A DNA stretch of 64,000 bases from NCBI GenBank assembly GCA_028712255.1, contig JAQTQJ010000010.1:8097-72096 (forward strand). Direction: 5' to 3'. Origin of the DNA: Candidatus Omnitrophota bacterium. GTDB lineage: Bacteria; Omnitrophota; Gorgyraeia; Gygaellales; Profunditerraquicolaceae. The number at the start of each line of letters is the position of its first letter. The stretch's first letter is position 1. The position numbers and the translations under genes are program-made. The notes beneath the pieces were generated by a model. It made no database searches, was not told the DNA's origin, and was given only the letters and a program-made list of their open reading frames with translations. Positions 1 to 9,532 of the stretch are shown piece by piece.

Positions 1-123
1 ATAAGATACATAAGAACAGAGGATAAAGTAGAAAAGTTAAAAAAATTCTTTAAGATTTCCTCGCCAAAACAGGTTGGAGAAAAAACCTTTGATTATACCT
101 ATAGCCGGGAGTGTAAAGAATAA
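1..123 (+). CDS. 3' end (last 40 codons) of an upstream gene of unknown function; its stop overlaps the next start (TAATG)
   Basis: Frame 1 is open from position 1 to the TAA at 121-123 (…KTFDYTYSRECKE*). The ATG of the next ORF at 123-125 overlaps this stop, consistent with translational coupling. Confidence 0.3.
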   Translation: MRYIRTEDKVEKLKKFFKISSPKQVGEKTFDYTYSRECKE

Positions 124-1097
124 TGTCTGGAAGCTATAGAAAGATAAATTATGATCTTCGGCCAGCGAAATCAATTGAGCGTAAAATGCTTTGTGAAGCA
201 TTAAGAAAACTGATAATTTTCTGCGATCTGGCTAAATATAGGTATGTTGGTTTCGGTGCGACATTTTTCACTGACTTTTTACTTATACACAAGTCTCTTG
301 GATTAAATGATTTGATAAGCATTGAGAAAGAGAAAGAGGACAAAAGAAGATTTGAATTTAATTGTCCTTATAGATGTGTTCAATTGCGCTTTGGAGAAGC
401 GAATGATATTTTGCCCATAATCAGCTGGACAAAAAAGATAATCCTTTGGCTTGATTACGATGATCCATTAAAGGATAGTATGCTTACCGATATTGGTACT
501 TTCATTTCGCGAGCACAGACAGGAAGTATTATATTGATAACAATAGATGTTAAACCCGATAAATCTACAGATCAAAATAGTGAAAAAAACAGATATGTGC
601 AATTAACAGAACGAATTAGTAAGACAAAGATTCCAATTGGCGTTGAAGAAAAAGATTTGGATAACGAAAATTATCCGAGAGTTTGTTATAACATTGTAAA
701 TAACGAGATAGATGAAGTTCTCTCAAAAAGAAATGGTGGGCTTACAAATAAGCTGGCCTATAAACAACTTTTTAATTTTTATTATCAAGACTCTTCGCCC
801 ATGCTAAGCGTTGGGGGAATACTTTATGCAGAAAATGATGATGCTCAAATAAAAAAATGCCATTTTGAAAAATTAGATTTTATTAAATGTGAAAGGGATA
901 AATACGACCCTTATAAAATAATCGTTCCCAATCTTACTTTTAGAGAAATGCGGTCTTTGGATAAGGTTATGCCTTATGATAAAATATCAAAAATAAAGAA
1001 GAAACAGAGACCCGTATTTTTAACAGAAAAACTGGTAGAAGAGTACAGTAAAATATATAGATACGTTCCTAACTTCGTAGAAGCAGAGATACATTGA
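123..1097 (+). CDS. hypothetical protein, 324 aa. No motif I recognise. It is co-transcribed with the C5-MTase, so it is a candidate cognate restriction endonuclease or other R-M partner.
   Basis: Long ORF with an ATG start. Its stop lies 4 nt before the MTase ATG (1102), with coupled genes on both sides. Genomic context is the only functional evidence. Confidence 0.5.
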   Translation: MSGSYRKINYDLRPAKSIERKMLCEALRKLIIFCDLAKYRYVGFGATFFTDFLLIHKSLGLNDLISIEKEKEDKRRFEFNCPYRCVQLRFGEANDILPIISWTKKIILWLDYDDPLKDSMLTDIGTFISRAQTGSIILITIDVKPDKSTDQNSEKNRYVQLTERISKTKIPIGVEEKDLDNENYPRVCYNIVNNEIDEVLSKRNGGLTNKLAYKQLFNFYYQDSSPMLSVGGILYAENDDAQIKKCHFEKLDFIKCERDKYDPYKIIVPNLTFREMRSLDKVMPYDKISKIKKKQRPVFLTEKLVEEYSKIYRYVPNFVEAEIH

Positions 1098-1101
1098 TAA
1101 A

Positions 1102-2289
1102 ATGGGCAAAATAAATAAATATAAAGTTATAGACTTGTTTTCTGGGGCTGGAGGTTTCGGGTTAGGATTTAAGATGGCCGGATACGACCTATGTTTTTCT
1201 TTGGAAATAGATAAATGGGCAACTGATACGCTATCCGAAAATAATAAAAATGGGATGCTTATAGTGCAGGACGATATTAGGAATTATGAAACGGAGAAGG
1301 ATATATTAGAAGCCTGCAGAAAAGCTCCTGATATTGTAATAGGCGGGCCTCCTTGCCAGGGGTTTAGTAATGCCGGTTCCTTAAAAAGAGATCCGAATGA
1401 TCCCAGAAACTCTCTTTTTAGGAATTTTGCTAAATGGGTTCAATATTTAGAGCCTACTATTTTTATAATGGAAAATGTAAAGGGAATATTGTCAAGATGC
1501 AGTTCAGATGGCGTCAAGATGATTGAAATGATAAGGAAAACCTTTTCTGATATAGGCTATACTAATCTAAATATATGGACGCTGAATGCAGCTGAATATG
1601 GAGTTCCGCAATTGAGAGAGCGCGTATTTATTGTTGGACACAGGAAGAATATATCTATAGATGCCCCACCGAAAACGCATTATATAAATAAGAGGGCAAG
1701 GGCCCTAGAAAAGGCAATCACCGTTAAAGAGGCAATCTCTGATTTGCCAAGAATCAATGCATCTGAAGGACAGGAAATTCAGGACTATAAGGAAAAACCA
1801 AAATCAAAATATCAGATGTGGGCAAGGGGAGGTCAAAAAATACTGTATAACCATACTGCTATGAAACATACAAAAAGAATTATCGAAAGGTTTAGTCATA
1901 TTAATATTGGAGAATCGGTTTCTCACGTTTCTATTAAATACAAAGAAAGGAAGAGAAACGGAAATGGTGAGATCTCGACGAGCTCATATAATATGAACAA
2001 TCGCAGGCTCTATCCTAATAAGCCTGCCTATACAATTCCGGCATCATTTTACTCTAGCTTTATTCACCCCTATTTAAACAGAAATATAACTGCGAGAGAG
2101 GCTGCTCGTCTTCAATCCTTCCCCGATAATTATCGATTTATGGGGAAGAGAACTCTTATATCATCGAAGCTATCAAAGAAAAATGGCCGGTCTGATCACG
2201 ACTATTTATCTCAATATAACCAGATAGGCAATGCCGTTCCCCCTATTTTATCTAAGGTTATTGCTGAACATATCCATTCCTTTTTATAA
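1102..2289 (+). CDS. DNA (cytosine-5)-methyltransferase (Dcm-type, type II R-M MTase)
   Basis: Motif I is FSGAGGFGLGF (AdoMet binding). Motif IV is GGPPCQGFS (catalytic Pro-Cys). Motif VI is ENV(KG). The C-terminal motif X is QIGNAVPP. A long variable (TRD) region lies between them. Confidence 0.9.
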   Translation: MGKINKYKVIDLFSGAGGFGLGFKMAGYDLCFSLEIDKWATDTLSENNKNGMLIVQDDIRNYETEKDILEACRKAPDIVIGGPPCQGFSNAGSLKRDPNDPRNSLFRNFAKWVQYLEPTIFIMENVKGILSRCSSDGVKMIEMIRKTFSDIGYTNLNIWTLNAAEYGVPQLRERVFIVGHRKNISIDAPPKTHYINKRARALEKAITVKEAISDLPRINASEGQEIQDYKEKPKSKYQMWARGGQKILYNHTAMKHTKRIIERFSHINIGESVSHVSIKYKERKRNGNGEISTSSYNMNNRRLYPNKPAYTIPASFYSSFIHPYLNRNITAREAARLQSFPDNYRFMGKRTLISSKLSKKNGRSDHDYLSQYNQIGNAVPPILSKVIAEHIHSFL

Positions 2290-2392
2290 CTTAGACGGCC
2301 TGTCATGAAGTATATTTGGTTTTAGAATTGAGAAATTTTTTAATGATCCCATTAGTCGAAGGGCAAGGAGTTAGAGAAAAAGGGTAGCCGAA

Positions 2393-3232
2393 ATGGAAAT
2401 ACTCCTTAATATTATTACTGGTGGTCTAAGTGGAGCTTTATTGGTTTGGCTTCTGCGGGGCTGGATTACAGAGCGCCTAAAACAATCCATACAGCATGAA
2501 TATGCCCAAAAGCTCGAAACTCATAAGGCCGAATTAAATGCAAAATTGCAAGCAGTATTATATGAGCAACAGATATATCAACTTCGGACGTCATTATTTT
2601 TTGATCACCAGAGAGAGGCATTTGCTGCGTTGCTTAGTCAGATTGCTGAAATTGAACGGAAATGGCTTGAAGTCGGTTATGATCCTGATCTGCAAGAGTT
2701 TACTAAATCGGTTCCTTCTGAAGAGTACTATAAGCTCAAAAAGTCATTCTATGATCATCAACTTTTTCTTGATAGGGATTGCATTTTTGCTATGAATTTA
2801 GTTCTTGAGGCCATGAGTGATTCTTTTCCTGTTGATGACGGAAACGGAGAACTGCATGAAAGGGTTTGTCGTGAGCCATATGAACGACTTAAGTTCCTTC
2901 ACTCTAGAGTTGCTGAACTATTCCGAGAAAAGATTGGGATAGCAGTATCAGTTTCGACAAGAATTGAGCTTGCTTTTTTAGGAGCAATTAGATTGCTAAA
3001 TCAGTATCACTTTGCAGATATCGGATTACCACCCAAAGGGGAATTGTGTTTAACTGCCCGGGATAGTGTTGCAGATGCAGTTGCTAAAGCGGTAAATAAT
3101 AAAGCCGGATTAATTTCAAAACTTAAAGAGTTTAAAGCATACTTAGAGAAAGACCATTCTTTTTTTTACGAAGCCTTAGAAAAGGTAACTCTCTATTTAA
3201 ATATTCTTGAAAATAAGAATAGCACTGTTTAG
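2393..3232 (+). CDS. hypothetical protein with an N-terminal single TM anchor, 279 aa
   Basis: ATG start. Hydrophobic N-terminus (LLNIITGGLSGALLVWLL) followed by a soluble, partly coiled domain. No recognisable catalytic motif. Confidence 0.5.
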   Translation: MEILLNIITGGLSGALLVWLLRGWITERLKQSIQHEYAQKLETHKAELNAKLQAVLYEQQIYQLRTSLFFDHQREAFAALLSQIAEIERKWLEVGYDPDLQEFTKSVPSEEYYKLKKSFYDHQLFLDRDCIFAMNLVLEAMSDSFPVDDGNGELHERVCREPYERLKFLHSRVAELFREKIGIAVSVSTRIELAFLGAIRLLNQYHFADIGLPPKGELCLTARDSVADAVAKAVNNKAGLISKLKEFKAYLEKDHSFFYEALEKVTLYLNILENKNSTV

Positions 3233-3319
3233 TAGATAATCCAGATACTAAGGTGCAGGAAGAGCTAAACTTGCACACGCGTCAAATTTTAAATAATAAT
3301 TCTATTTTTGAAGTGCGTA

Positions 3320-3691
3320 CTATTTGTTTGGCAATAGGTGTTCAATCATGTCCCGGCGTTCTTGGATAGTTTTAAGGCGGGCAATATTTAGAAGTCTTCT
3401 GCCGGTAAAGATTCTCAGCGTTTCTTGATCGTCGCGTTGCTTCATGTTTTCGACGAACTCCGGAGGCAATTTATTGACTATTTTTAATAAGTGTGCTAAT
3501 TTGGATTCCGACATATTGAGTTCTCTACAGGTTTTTGCCCAGGTTATTCTAGTTGTGCCGCCGCTGATGAAGGCCTTAATCTTTAGAGCTTCTACTATGG
3601 TATTTGGGTAGACCCGGGGCCTTCTGATGGGTACCGGAGGTAAAGGATCTACTAAACTGAGCAAAGTCCGCTTGCTTCGCCGGATCTCCAT
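3320..3691 (-). CDS. small ParB-like HTH DNA-binding protein (about 123 aa from the internal ATG; the ORF-track start at 3703 is a TTG)
   Basis: MSESKLAHLLKIVNKLPPEFVENM and FTGRRLLNIARL resemble the ParB HTH region (…SRSxVANxLRLLxLPxxVqe… / …GHARALL…). There is no N-terminal ParB/Srx nuclease-like domain. The gene lies convergent to the upstream operon. Confidence 0.45.
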   Translation of the reverse strand: MEIRRSKRTLLSLVDPLPPVPIRRPRVYPNTIVEALKIKAFISGGTTRITWAKTCRELNMSESKLAHLLKIVNKLPPEFVENMKQRDDQETLRIFTGRRLLNIARLKTIQERRDMIEHLLPNK

Positions 3692-3857
3692 CTTTACAAC
3701 CAATTGAACTACTTGGAGTTCTGCGGTGCGGCGGGCGACAACGCTGGGCAGTTGATAACTATGATTAAAAAGGCAAAAATTAATTGGCCAATATAAAAAA
3801 GCAGAAATTCATAAGAGGTTAAGGCAGGTAGAATATTTTAAACATAGGAGGAAAGAT

Positions 3858-4247
3858 ATGTTTAAGAAAATAGGGGTTTTTATCTTCTCAGGGTTATTAC
3901 TTTTAAATTTGTGTGGTTGTTTTCTGTTAGTAGCAGGGGCTGTAGGTGGTGTTGGCACAGCAGTTTGGCTCTCCGGAAAATTAACTCAGCAGTTTAACGC
4001 TCCTTATGATCGGACAATAAAAGCTACTGAATTGGCTTTGAGGTCTTTTGATTTTGAAATAGCAAAGCAAGCAAAGGAAACCAATGTTACAACGTTTAGA
4101 AGCCACTATACTGATGGCAAAGAAATCTGGGTTGATGTTAGGAAAATCACTGATACTTCTACAAAGGTAGAGGTTCGTGTGGGTGGGGTGAGCGCAGACA
4201 AAGAAGCCTGCACTAAAATTCTAGATAGAATAAAAAGTTATCTATAA
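3858..4247 (+). CDS. small lipoprotein (DUF3568-like)
   Basis: Signal peptide with lipobox (LLLNLCGC). RBS AGGAGG sits 8 nt upstream of the ATG. Confidence 0.55.
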   Translation: MFKKIGVFIFSGLLLLNLCGCFLLVAGAVGGVGTAVWLSGKLTQQFNAPYDRTIKATELALRSFDFEIAKQAKETNVTTFRSHYTDGKEIWVDVRKITDTSTKVEVRVGGVSADKEACTKILDRIKSYL

Positions 4248-4291
4248 ATTATTTTTTTCGGCCATAAAAAGATTTAAAAAGGAGAAATAGT

Positions 4292-4618
4292 ATGGGGAAA
4301 GTTGTTAATTTGTCTCTACTTACTATTTTTATTTTGGTTGGTTGCAGCCAGAAAGATGACTTATTTTCTGGTACACGAACACAATATTATTCAGCAAAAT
4401 ATGTTGAAGCTGAAAATCCTTCGCAAGCTGCTTATAGAGGCAAATGGTCTGTGGAAAGAAGCGGTTATGATCCTGGGTACGGTTCTTACTCAGGCCAAGG
4501 GCAAGGCAATTACGATGAAGGTTGGACAGAGCATAGAACTTATGATGATGGCCAGCAGGTTGATATAGAGAGAAATCCAGATGGTTCAAGAAAAGGCGAA
4601 TCTTTGTTTGGGAGGTAA
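4292..4618 (+). CDS. small Gly/Tyr/Asp-rich lipoprotein
   Basis: Signal peptide with lipobox (ILVGCSQ). RBS AAGGAG upstream. Low-complexity mature region. Confidence 0.5.
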   Translation: MGKVVNLSLLTIFILVGCSQKDDLFSGTRTQYYSAKYVEAENPSQAAYRGKWSVERSGYDPGYGSYSGQGQGNYDEGWTEHRTYDDGQQVDIERNPDGSRKGESLFGR

Positions 4619-4712
4619 CGGTTTACCATAAAAATCATCTCCAATAATTCCAATCTCTTGGAATTCTCCACCAGTAAATAAGTTATTCCTTTAAACTACT
4701 TTTAAAAAAATA

Positions 4713-4739
4713 TTGACAAGATTTTTCTGTTTTTATAAA
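4713..4739 (+). promoter_or_regulatory. sigma70-like promoter for hsp20
   Basis: TTGACA at 4713-4718, a roughly 15-nt spacer, then TATAAA at 4734-4739. It is followed by RBS AAGGAGGTG at 4755-4763 and an ATG at 4767. Confidence 0.4.
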
Positions 4740-4766
4740 ATATTGTTAAAAAATAAGGAGGTGCGT

Positions 4767-5372
4767 ATGAAAAATAAAATTATTATCGGAGTTATTGCTG
4801 TTTTAGCGGTAATTTTTATTTTTGAAAACGCATATTTACTTGGGAGGTATAACGCCGAACATGTTAAAAATATAGCGTTTGTACGTTATCAGCCGGTTCC
4901 TATAGAGGTGCTGCCGGAGAATAATCTACCTATTATTTATAAAATGAGCTCTTGGGATCCTTTTACAGAGATAAATAGAATGCAGGAGAGAATGAATCGT
5001 ATCTTTGAGAATAACTTTTCAGCTGCCTCCAATATTGGTGATAATAAAGCGTCTTTTGGTTCTAGTATAAGTTTTAGCAATAATGGTACATCTTATATGG
5101 TAAAAGTTGGCATGCCCGGTATAACTAAGGATGACATAGATATCCAGGTTAAGGGCAGACAGCTAATAATCTCCGGGCAAAATAAGAATAATAAGGCTAG
5201 CAAAGGTAAAGATTACTATAATCAAGAATCAAGCTATGGTAATTTTTTAAGTAATTTTATGCTTCCGGAAGATGCACAAATAAACCGAATAACTTCAGAT
5301 TATAAAGATGGAGTTTTAACTATAAGTATCCCGCTGGTTCAAAATAAGCCATCTAAACCTAAAGAAAAATAG
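4767..5372 (+). CDS. Hsp20/alpha-crystallin family small heat-shock protein
   Basis: Alpha-crystallin domain signatures (…MPGITKDDIDIQVKGRQLIISGQ…DGVLTISIP). The true start is the ATG at 4767 (MKNKIIIG), behind a strong SD. The ORF-track start at 4713 is a TTG inside the promoter. Confidence 0.85.
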   Translation: MKNKIIIGVIAVLAVIFIFENAYLLGRYNAEHVKNIAFVRYQPVPIEVLPENNLPIIYKMSSWDPFTEINRMQERMNRIFENNFSAASNIGDNKASFGSSISFSNNGTSYMVKVGMPGITKDDIDIQVKGRQLIISGQNKNNKASKGKDYYNQESSYGNFLSNFMLPEDAQINRITSDYKDGVLTISIPLVQNKPSKPKEK

Positions 5373-5798
5373 TTTATCAAGCTTAACCAAACAGGTGGGT
5401 AGGGGTTAGGCCTTTTCGTATTCAATCTCAGAGCAAGCAGATTTTTTACTGCTAGGGGCATTTTATTTTTTCACATACTTTTTGGATTATATTTAGGCCG
5501 ATTAGTAACTCTGTATAGACAGCTCCCACCGAAACCCTGCTTGCATACACATTTTTTTCTGCAGGAAAACTAACTTTTAATTCTATAGGGAAGAAACGCA
5601 GTTAGTGTGTAATCCCATTAAAGGCAATGGGTTATATAGTAAATATTACAGCTTAAGTAACACCAAGAAATTAATAGATTTATTGAATAAACTCTGTACC
5701 TGTTGTATAATAAAACTAGTTGAAAATCTGCCCCCCAGATAGGGATAAATTGTATTTGGTATTCATATCCAAAATGCCGCCATTCTACAAATGAGATT

Positions 5799-6788
5799 AT
5801 GGAAAAACAAGATAAAACCAACAAAATAAGCTACAAGTTAGTGCTGCAGGAATTAAAAGAGGATCCCTATAAGAAACTCAATATAGCTTTTTCTTTAATG
5901 GTTGTTGTGCCGTTTTTGGTGTTCTTTTATCTTCTAACAAGCAGGTTATTTACTATGGATGTCCTTATCGGCAATACTGGTTTTATAGTGATGCTTTCTT
6001 TATTTATCTCTCTTTGCGGTTTTTATATAGTTTATAGTATCTTAAAGAATATTTTTAATAAGATTCTAGCTTATGCTGCACAGGCAAAACATAGCGATCA
6101 GTTAAAATCAACCTTTGTCGCAACAGTGTCTCACGAGCTAAAGAATCCCTTGGCCTCAATTAAGATCAATATTTATAATATTTCTACTGGTGTTATCGGC
6201 CAGGTAAATGAAGAGCAGAAAGATGCCCTTGGGCTTTGTCAATTAACGGTTGAGCGTATGGTTCGTTTGGTAAACGGCCTGCTAGACTTACATAAAATCG
6301 AGGCCGGGGTTATTGATGTTAAAAGGCATAAGCTTAACCTTACAGAAATCTTAGAAAAACAAATAAAAGAATTGCAAATTTTAGCAGATCGAAAGAACAT
6401 AAAGATAATTAAAGAATTTTCGGATAGAAATTTATCCGTCTGGGGCGATGAGGACAAGCTTTCTCAAGCGATTATTAACCTTTTGAGTAATGGAATAAAA
6501 TTTACTCCTGAAAACGGGATGGTTACTTTAAAGATTTATCCTGATGACAAATTCGTGAAATTAGAATGTATAGATACTGGACCCGGGATACCGGATGCTG
6601 ATATGGAGAAGCTTTTTAATAAATTTGAACGGCTCAATGCTGCCAATGAAGGAACTGGCCTGGGGTTGGCTATTACCAAGGACATCGTAGAAATGCACAG
6701 GGGTAAGATTTTGGTAGAGAGCCAAGTTGGTAAGGGTAGCAGGTTTATTCTCCTGTTGCCTTCTGACCTTAGATTAACAAAAAGGTAA
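5799..6788 (+). CDS. sensor histidine kinase, intramembrane-sensing type (two TM, no periplasmic domain)
   Basis: H-box SHELKNPL, N-box LLSNGIKFT, G1 DTGPGI and G2 GTGLGLAI are present. Two N-terminal TM helices with a short loop between them. Confidence 0.85.
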   Translation: MEKQDKTNKISYKLVLQELKEDPYKKLNIAFSLMVVVPFLVFFYLLTSRLFTMDVLIGNTGFIVMLSLFISLCGFYIVYSILKNIFNKILAYAAQAKHSDQLKSTFVATVSHELKNPLASIKINIYNISTGVIGQVNEEQKDALGLCQLTVERMVRLVNGLLDLHKIEAGVIDVKRHKLNLTEILEKQIKELQILADRKNIKIIKEFSDRNLSVWGDEDKLSQAIINLLSNGIKFTPENGMVTLKIYPDDKFVKLECIDTGPGIPDADMEKLFNKFERLNAANEGTGLGLAITKDIVEMHRGKILVESQVGKGSRFILLLPSDLRLTKR

Positions 6789-6793
6789 ATATC

Positions 6794-7180
6794 ATGCAAG
6801 AGAGTGTCTCTAAGAAAATCCTCATAATAGAAGATGAGCAAGAGTTAGCGTTTGGTTTAGCTACTTTACTTAAACCTCAAGGGTATTTGATTACTGCAGC
6901 TTATGATAGCTTATTTGGTATAAGTTTGGCGCATAAAGAAAAGCCGGATTTAATAATTCTAGATTTAGGTTTGCCTGCCGGCGGAGGATTTTATGTCTTG
7001 GAGAATCTAAAAGGTTCTATAAAAACTTTTGATATACCGGTTTTAGTTTTAACAGCACAGCAAGGAGAAGATTTGGAAGAAAGGGTTAAGAAGGCCGGGG
7101 CGGTAGCATATTTTCAGAAGCCTTTTGACCCAGAATCGTTATCCAGCAAAATTAAAGAAATTTTAAGCAGTGTTAGTTGA
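6794..7180 (+). CDS. response regulator, receiver (CheY-like) domain only
   Basis: REC signatures are present (ILIIEDE…, LIILDLGLP, conserved K near …AYFQKPF). There is no output domain. The gene lies 6 nt after the kinase. Confidence 0.85.
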   Translation: MQESVSKKILIIEDEQELAFGLATLLKPQGYLITAAYDSLFGISLAHKEKPDLIILDLGLPAGGGFYVLENLKGSIKTFDIPVLVLTAQQGEDLEERVKKAGAVAYFQKPFDPESLSSKIKEILSSVS

Positions 7181-7215
7181 AATTCGATTACAAAGATAGA
7201 ATCACTTATTTATAA

Positions 7216-7656
7216 GTGGCTACAAAAATGACTAAAGCACAGGAAATAAAAAATAAAAACACAAAGATAAGATTTGTTAGGCCCTCTAAGGACCTAGTTG
7301 TAATGGTTTTAATCAATGTCTTTATATTTGTGCTTTCGTATTTCTTTAACATCTTTGTATTTCTTGTGAGATTTTTTAAAAAATATCCTGATACTATAAC
7401 TTGGGCGGATGAAATTATCACAGGACTTTTAGCTTTAAGCATTTGTTTTGCTGTTTTCTCTTGGCGCAGGTGGAAGGAATTAAAGGAGGAGACTTCCAAA
7501 CGCCTAGAATTACAGGAGGAGCTTATTAAGATTGCAGAAACAAAAGCAGAAACAGAAAGAATTATCTGTAAGCAACTTCACTGTGACATTGAAGAATATA
7601 AGAAGATAGAGCAAGATATTTTATCCCGTCGAAATAAAGCAAAAGGGCTAATTTAA
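7216..7656 (+). CDS. hypothetical membrane protein with a C-terminal coiled coil
   Basis: Hydrophobic segments followed by a charged helical region. GTG start at 7216 or ATG at 7228. I preferred it over the overlapping antisense ORF 7206-7499. Confidence 0.35.
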   Translation: MATKMTKAQEIKNKNTKIRFVRPSKDLVVMVLINVFIFVLSYFFNIFVFLVRFFKKYPDTITWADEIITGLLALSICFAVFSWRRWKELKEETSKRLELQEELIKIAETKAETERIICKQLHCDIEEYKKIEQDILSRRNKAKGLI

Positions 7657-7851
7657 GAACAACAGATTTTGGTCAATTTTATTACTTTCCGTATATCCAG
7701 CTGTAGGTTTTCCCTCCGATAATGTTAATTGCCTCATTTTTTAAGAAGGAAGCGTTTTCTTAATATCAGAAAATACTATTGAAACCTTCTCATTAATATT
7801 GCATATTTAACTAGGCATATATTTAGGCAAAATCTAACGCCAGGGGAGATA

Positions 7852-8199
7852 ATGGATAAAGCGCAAGAGCGTAGAAAATTTATAAGAGTTTCTGAGAAGT
7901 TACAAATAATGTATGAAATTGTTTCCTCTAAGAAAATAGGAGAATATATCACCAAGAATATCAGCCAGGGTGGTGTAAAATTTTTAGTTCATGATTTTAT
8001 ACCCCAAGGCAGTTGTTTGAGGATCAAATTGGTTCTGGAGCCATATCTCAGTTGCGAAGCGCTTGTCAAGATCGCCTGGATTAGGGAAAATCATTTTACT
8101 GAAGAATATGAAGTCGGTGTAGAATTTATAAGCATGCCTCGAGTTGCTCAGGAGGAGCTTATTGAATACATAAAAACCTGTATTGCTGTTGTTAAATAG
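7852..8199 (+). CDS. PilZ-domain protein (putative c-di-GMP receptor)
   Basis: RRKFIR (RxxxR) and NISQGGV (D/NxSxxG) motifs sit in the correct order and spacing. RBS AGGGGAG upstream. Confidence 0.6.
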   Translation: MDKAQERRKFIRVSEKLQIMYEIVSSKKIGEYITKNISQGGVKFLVHDFIPQGSCLRIKLVLEPYLSCEALVKIAWIRENHFTEEYEVGVEFISMPRVAQEELIEYIKTCIAVVK

Positions 8200-8498
8200 T
8201 TTTTAAGATTAATTTGTCCCCACTATGATTCCCAGCCACCTAATCCCTCTTGTTTTATCTAAAATTTAGAGTAAAATAACCTAATTAAGATATTGGTTAA
8301 GGATTATGAAACCCTTTCTGGGAATAAAACCCATATACTTATTGACAATTTTACTTATCCGGAACTGCTTATTTCTTATTTAACATTTAAAGAAAAGTCG
8401 CTTTCTATCGCATGCCTCCGATTATTATCTATGAAATATAATCATTAATAAATTTAACATAAAAGCCTGCCGGCTGGGAGTTTTTAATTCTAAAAGCT

Positions 8499-9422
8499 AT
8501 GAAAATAAAAGTACTGCTTTTAATAATTTTACTTATTGTTCTGGGTGCGACCGTATTTTCTTCATTTAAGGTATATGAAAAGAATTTGATTACTGTAAAA
8601 GAACATAACCTTTTAAATAGAAAAAAAGAAGAGTGGTTTCGTTTGAAAAGAACCTTAGAAAGCAAAGTGGGGCATTTTAAAGGCCAGGTTGGCTTGGTGG
8701 TAGAGGATTTAAATACGGGTTGGGTGATTTCGTTCAATGATGACATTTTAATTCCTTCCGCAAGCCTGGTAAAGATTCCGGTTATGCTTTCCTGTTTTTA
8801 TGCTCAGCAGGAAGGTAAAATTAACCTTAAAGACAGCATAGCGCTTAAAAATTTCCAAAAGGTATCCGGTTCGAAAGTTTTAGGAAACTATCCTGTTGGC
8901 TCCCGGTTTATAATAGAAGATTTATTTGATCCAATGATTACCTTGAGTGATAACGCTGCTGCTAATGCTTTGATAGATTTATTGGGTTTTGACGATTTAA
9001 ATATGTATTTTAAGAAGATGGGGCTAAAAAATACCAATATTGTGCGGAATATGATGGATTTTAAAGGTAGGAGCGCAGGCAAAGAGAATTATACCACTGC
9101 TTCCGATATGGCATATATACTGGAGAAGCTCTATCGTGGCCAATTCTTGAGCCAGGGAATATCCGATAGATGCTTAATCTTATTGGGCCAGCAAAAAATT
9201 AACGACCGCATTCCTAAGAATTTGCCAAAAGAAGGAGTTTTCGCTGCGCATAAAACAGGCCTTGAAAGACATATCTGCCATGACGCAGGGATAGTGTATA
9301 CCCAGAAAGGGAATTTCTTAATCTGCGTTTTAGTTCAACATGAAAATAAATTCGCACAACCGGCTAAAAGGCTTATTTCTGATATCGCATTATCTACATA
9401 CAACTATTATAAGGATTTCTAA
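8499..9422 (+). CDS. class A beta-lactamase-fold serine hydrolase (beta-lactamase / PBP-like), secreted
   Basis: Signal peptide present. S-x-x-K (SASLVK), SDN (LSDNAAAN) and KTG (HKTGL) motifs sit in canonical order. Confidence 0.75.
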   Translation: MKIKVLLLIILLIVLGATVFSSFKVYEKNLITVKEHNLLNRKKEEWFRLKRTLESKVGHFKGQVGLVVEDLNTGWVISFNDDILIPSASLVKIPVMLSCFYAQQEGKINLKDSIALKNFQKVSGSKVLGNYPVGSRFIIEDLFDPMITLSDNAAANALIDLLGFDDLNMYFKKMGLKNTNIVRNMMDFKGRSAGKENYTTASDMAYILEKLYRGQFLSQGISDRCLILLGQQKINDRIPKNLPKEGVFAAHKTGLERHICHDAGIVYTQKGNFLICVLVQHENKFAQPAKRLISDIALSTYNYYKDF

Positions 9423-9532
9423 GCCCCGTTGTTTGTCTTCCCCTCTTGTTATCTCCATTCTGTGCTGTATAATAGTTAGGTGGTAATTCCTTTCCCAAAA
9501 GCTTTGTATTTTATTATCTGCAAATATTACTG

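Noticed and set aside
149-343. Antisense 64-aa ORF inside the 123-1097 gene, and many similar short ORFs on the opposite strand or alternate frame throughout the track (for example 2538-2795, 4302-4568, 4329-4589, 6239-6457, 15033-15254, 24145-24456, 46694-47101, 52298-52672, 55791-56126, 61844-62320).
   Set aside because: They lie entirely within longer ORFs that carry clear conserved motifs. They have no RBS, and their low-complexity compositions are typical of shadow ORFs in AT-rich DNA.
2393-3790. Apparent higher-GC island (about 43-45%) as evidence of horizontal transfer
   Set aside because: By-eye GC is also elevated in conserved catalytic genes elsewhere, for example the NuoCD-like gene at about 16.4 kb. 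Composition alone is not decisive without a windowed calculation, so I kept it only as a weak note.
7206-7499. 97-aa minus-strand ORF overlapping the 7216-7656 plus-strand ORF
   Set aside because: Only one of the two can be real. The plus-strand ORF continues the co-directional gene series and has TM and coiled-coil features. The minus-strand product is low-complexity.
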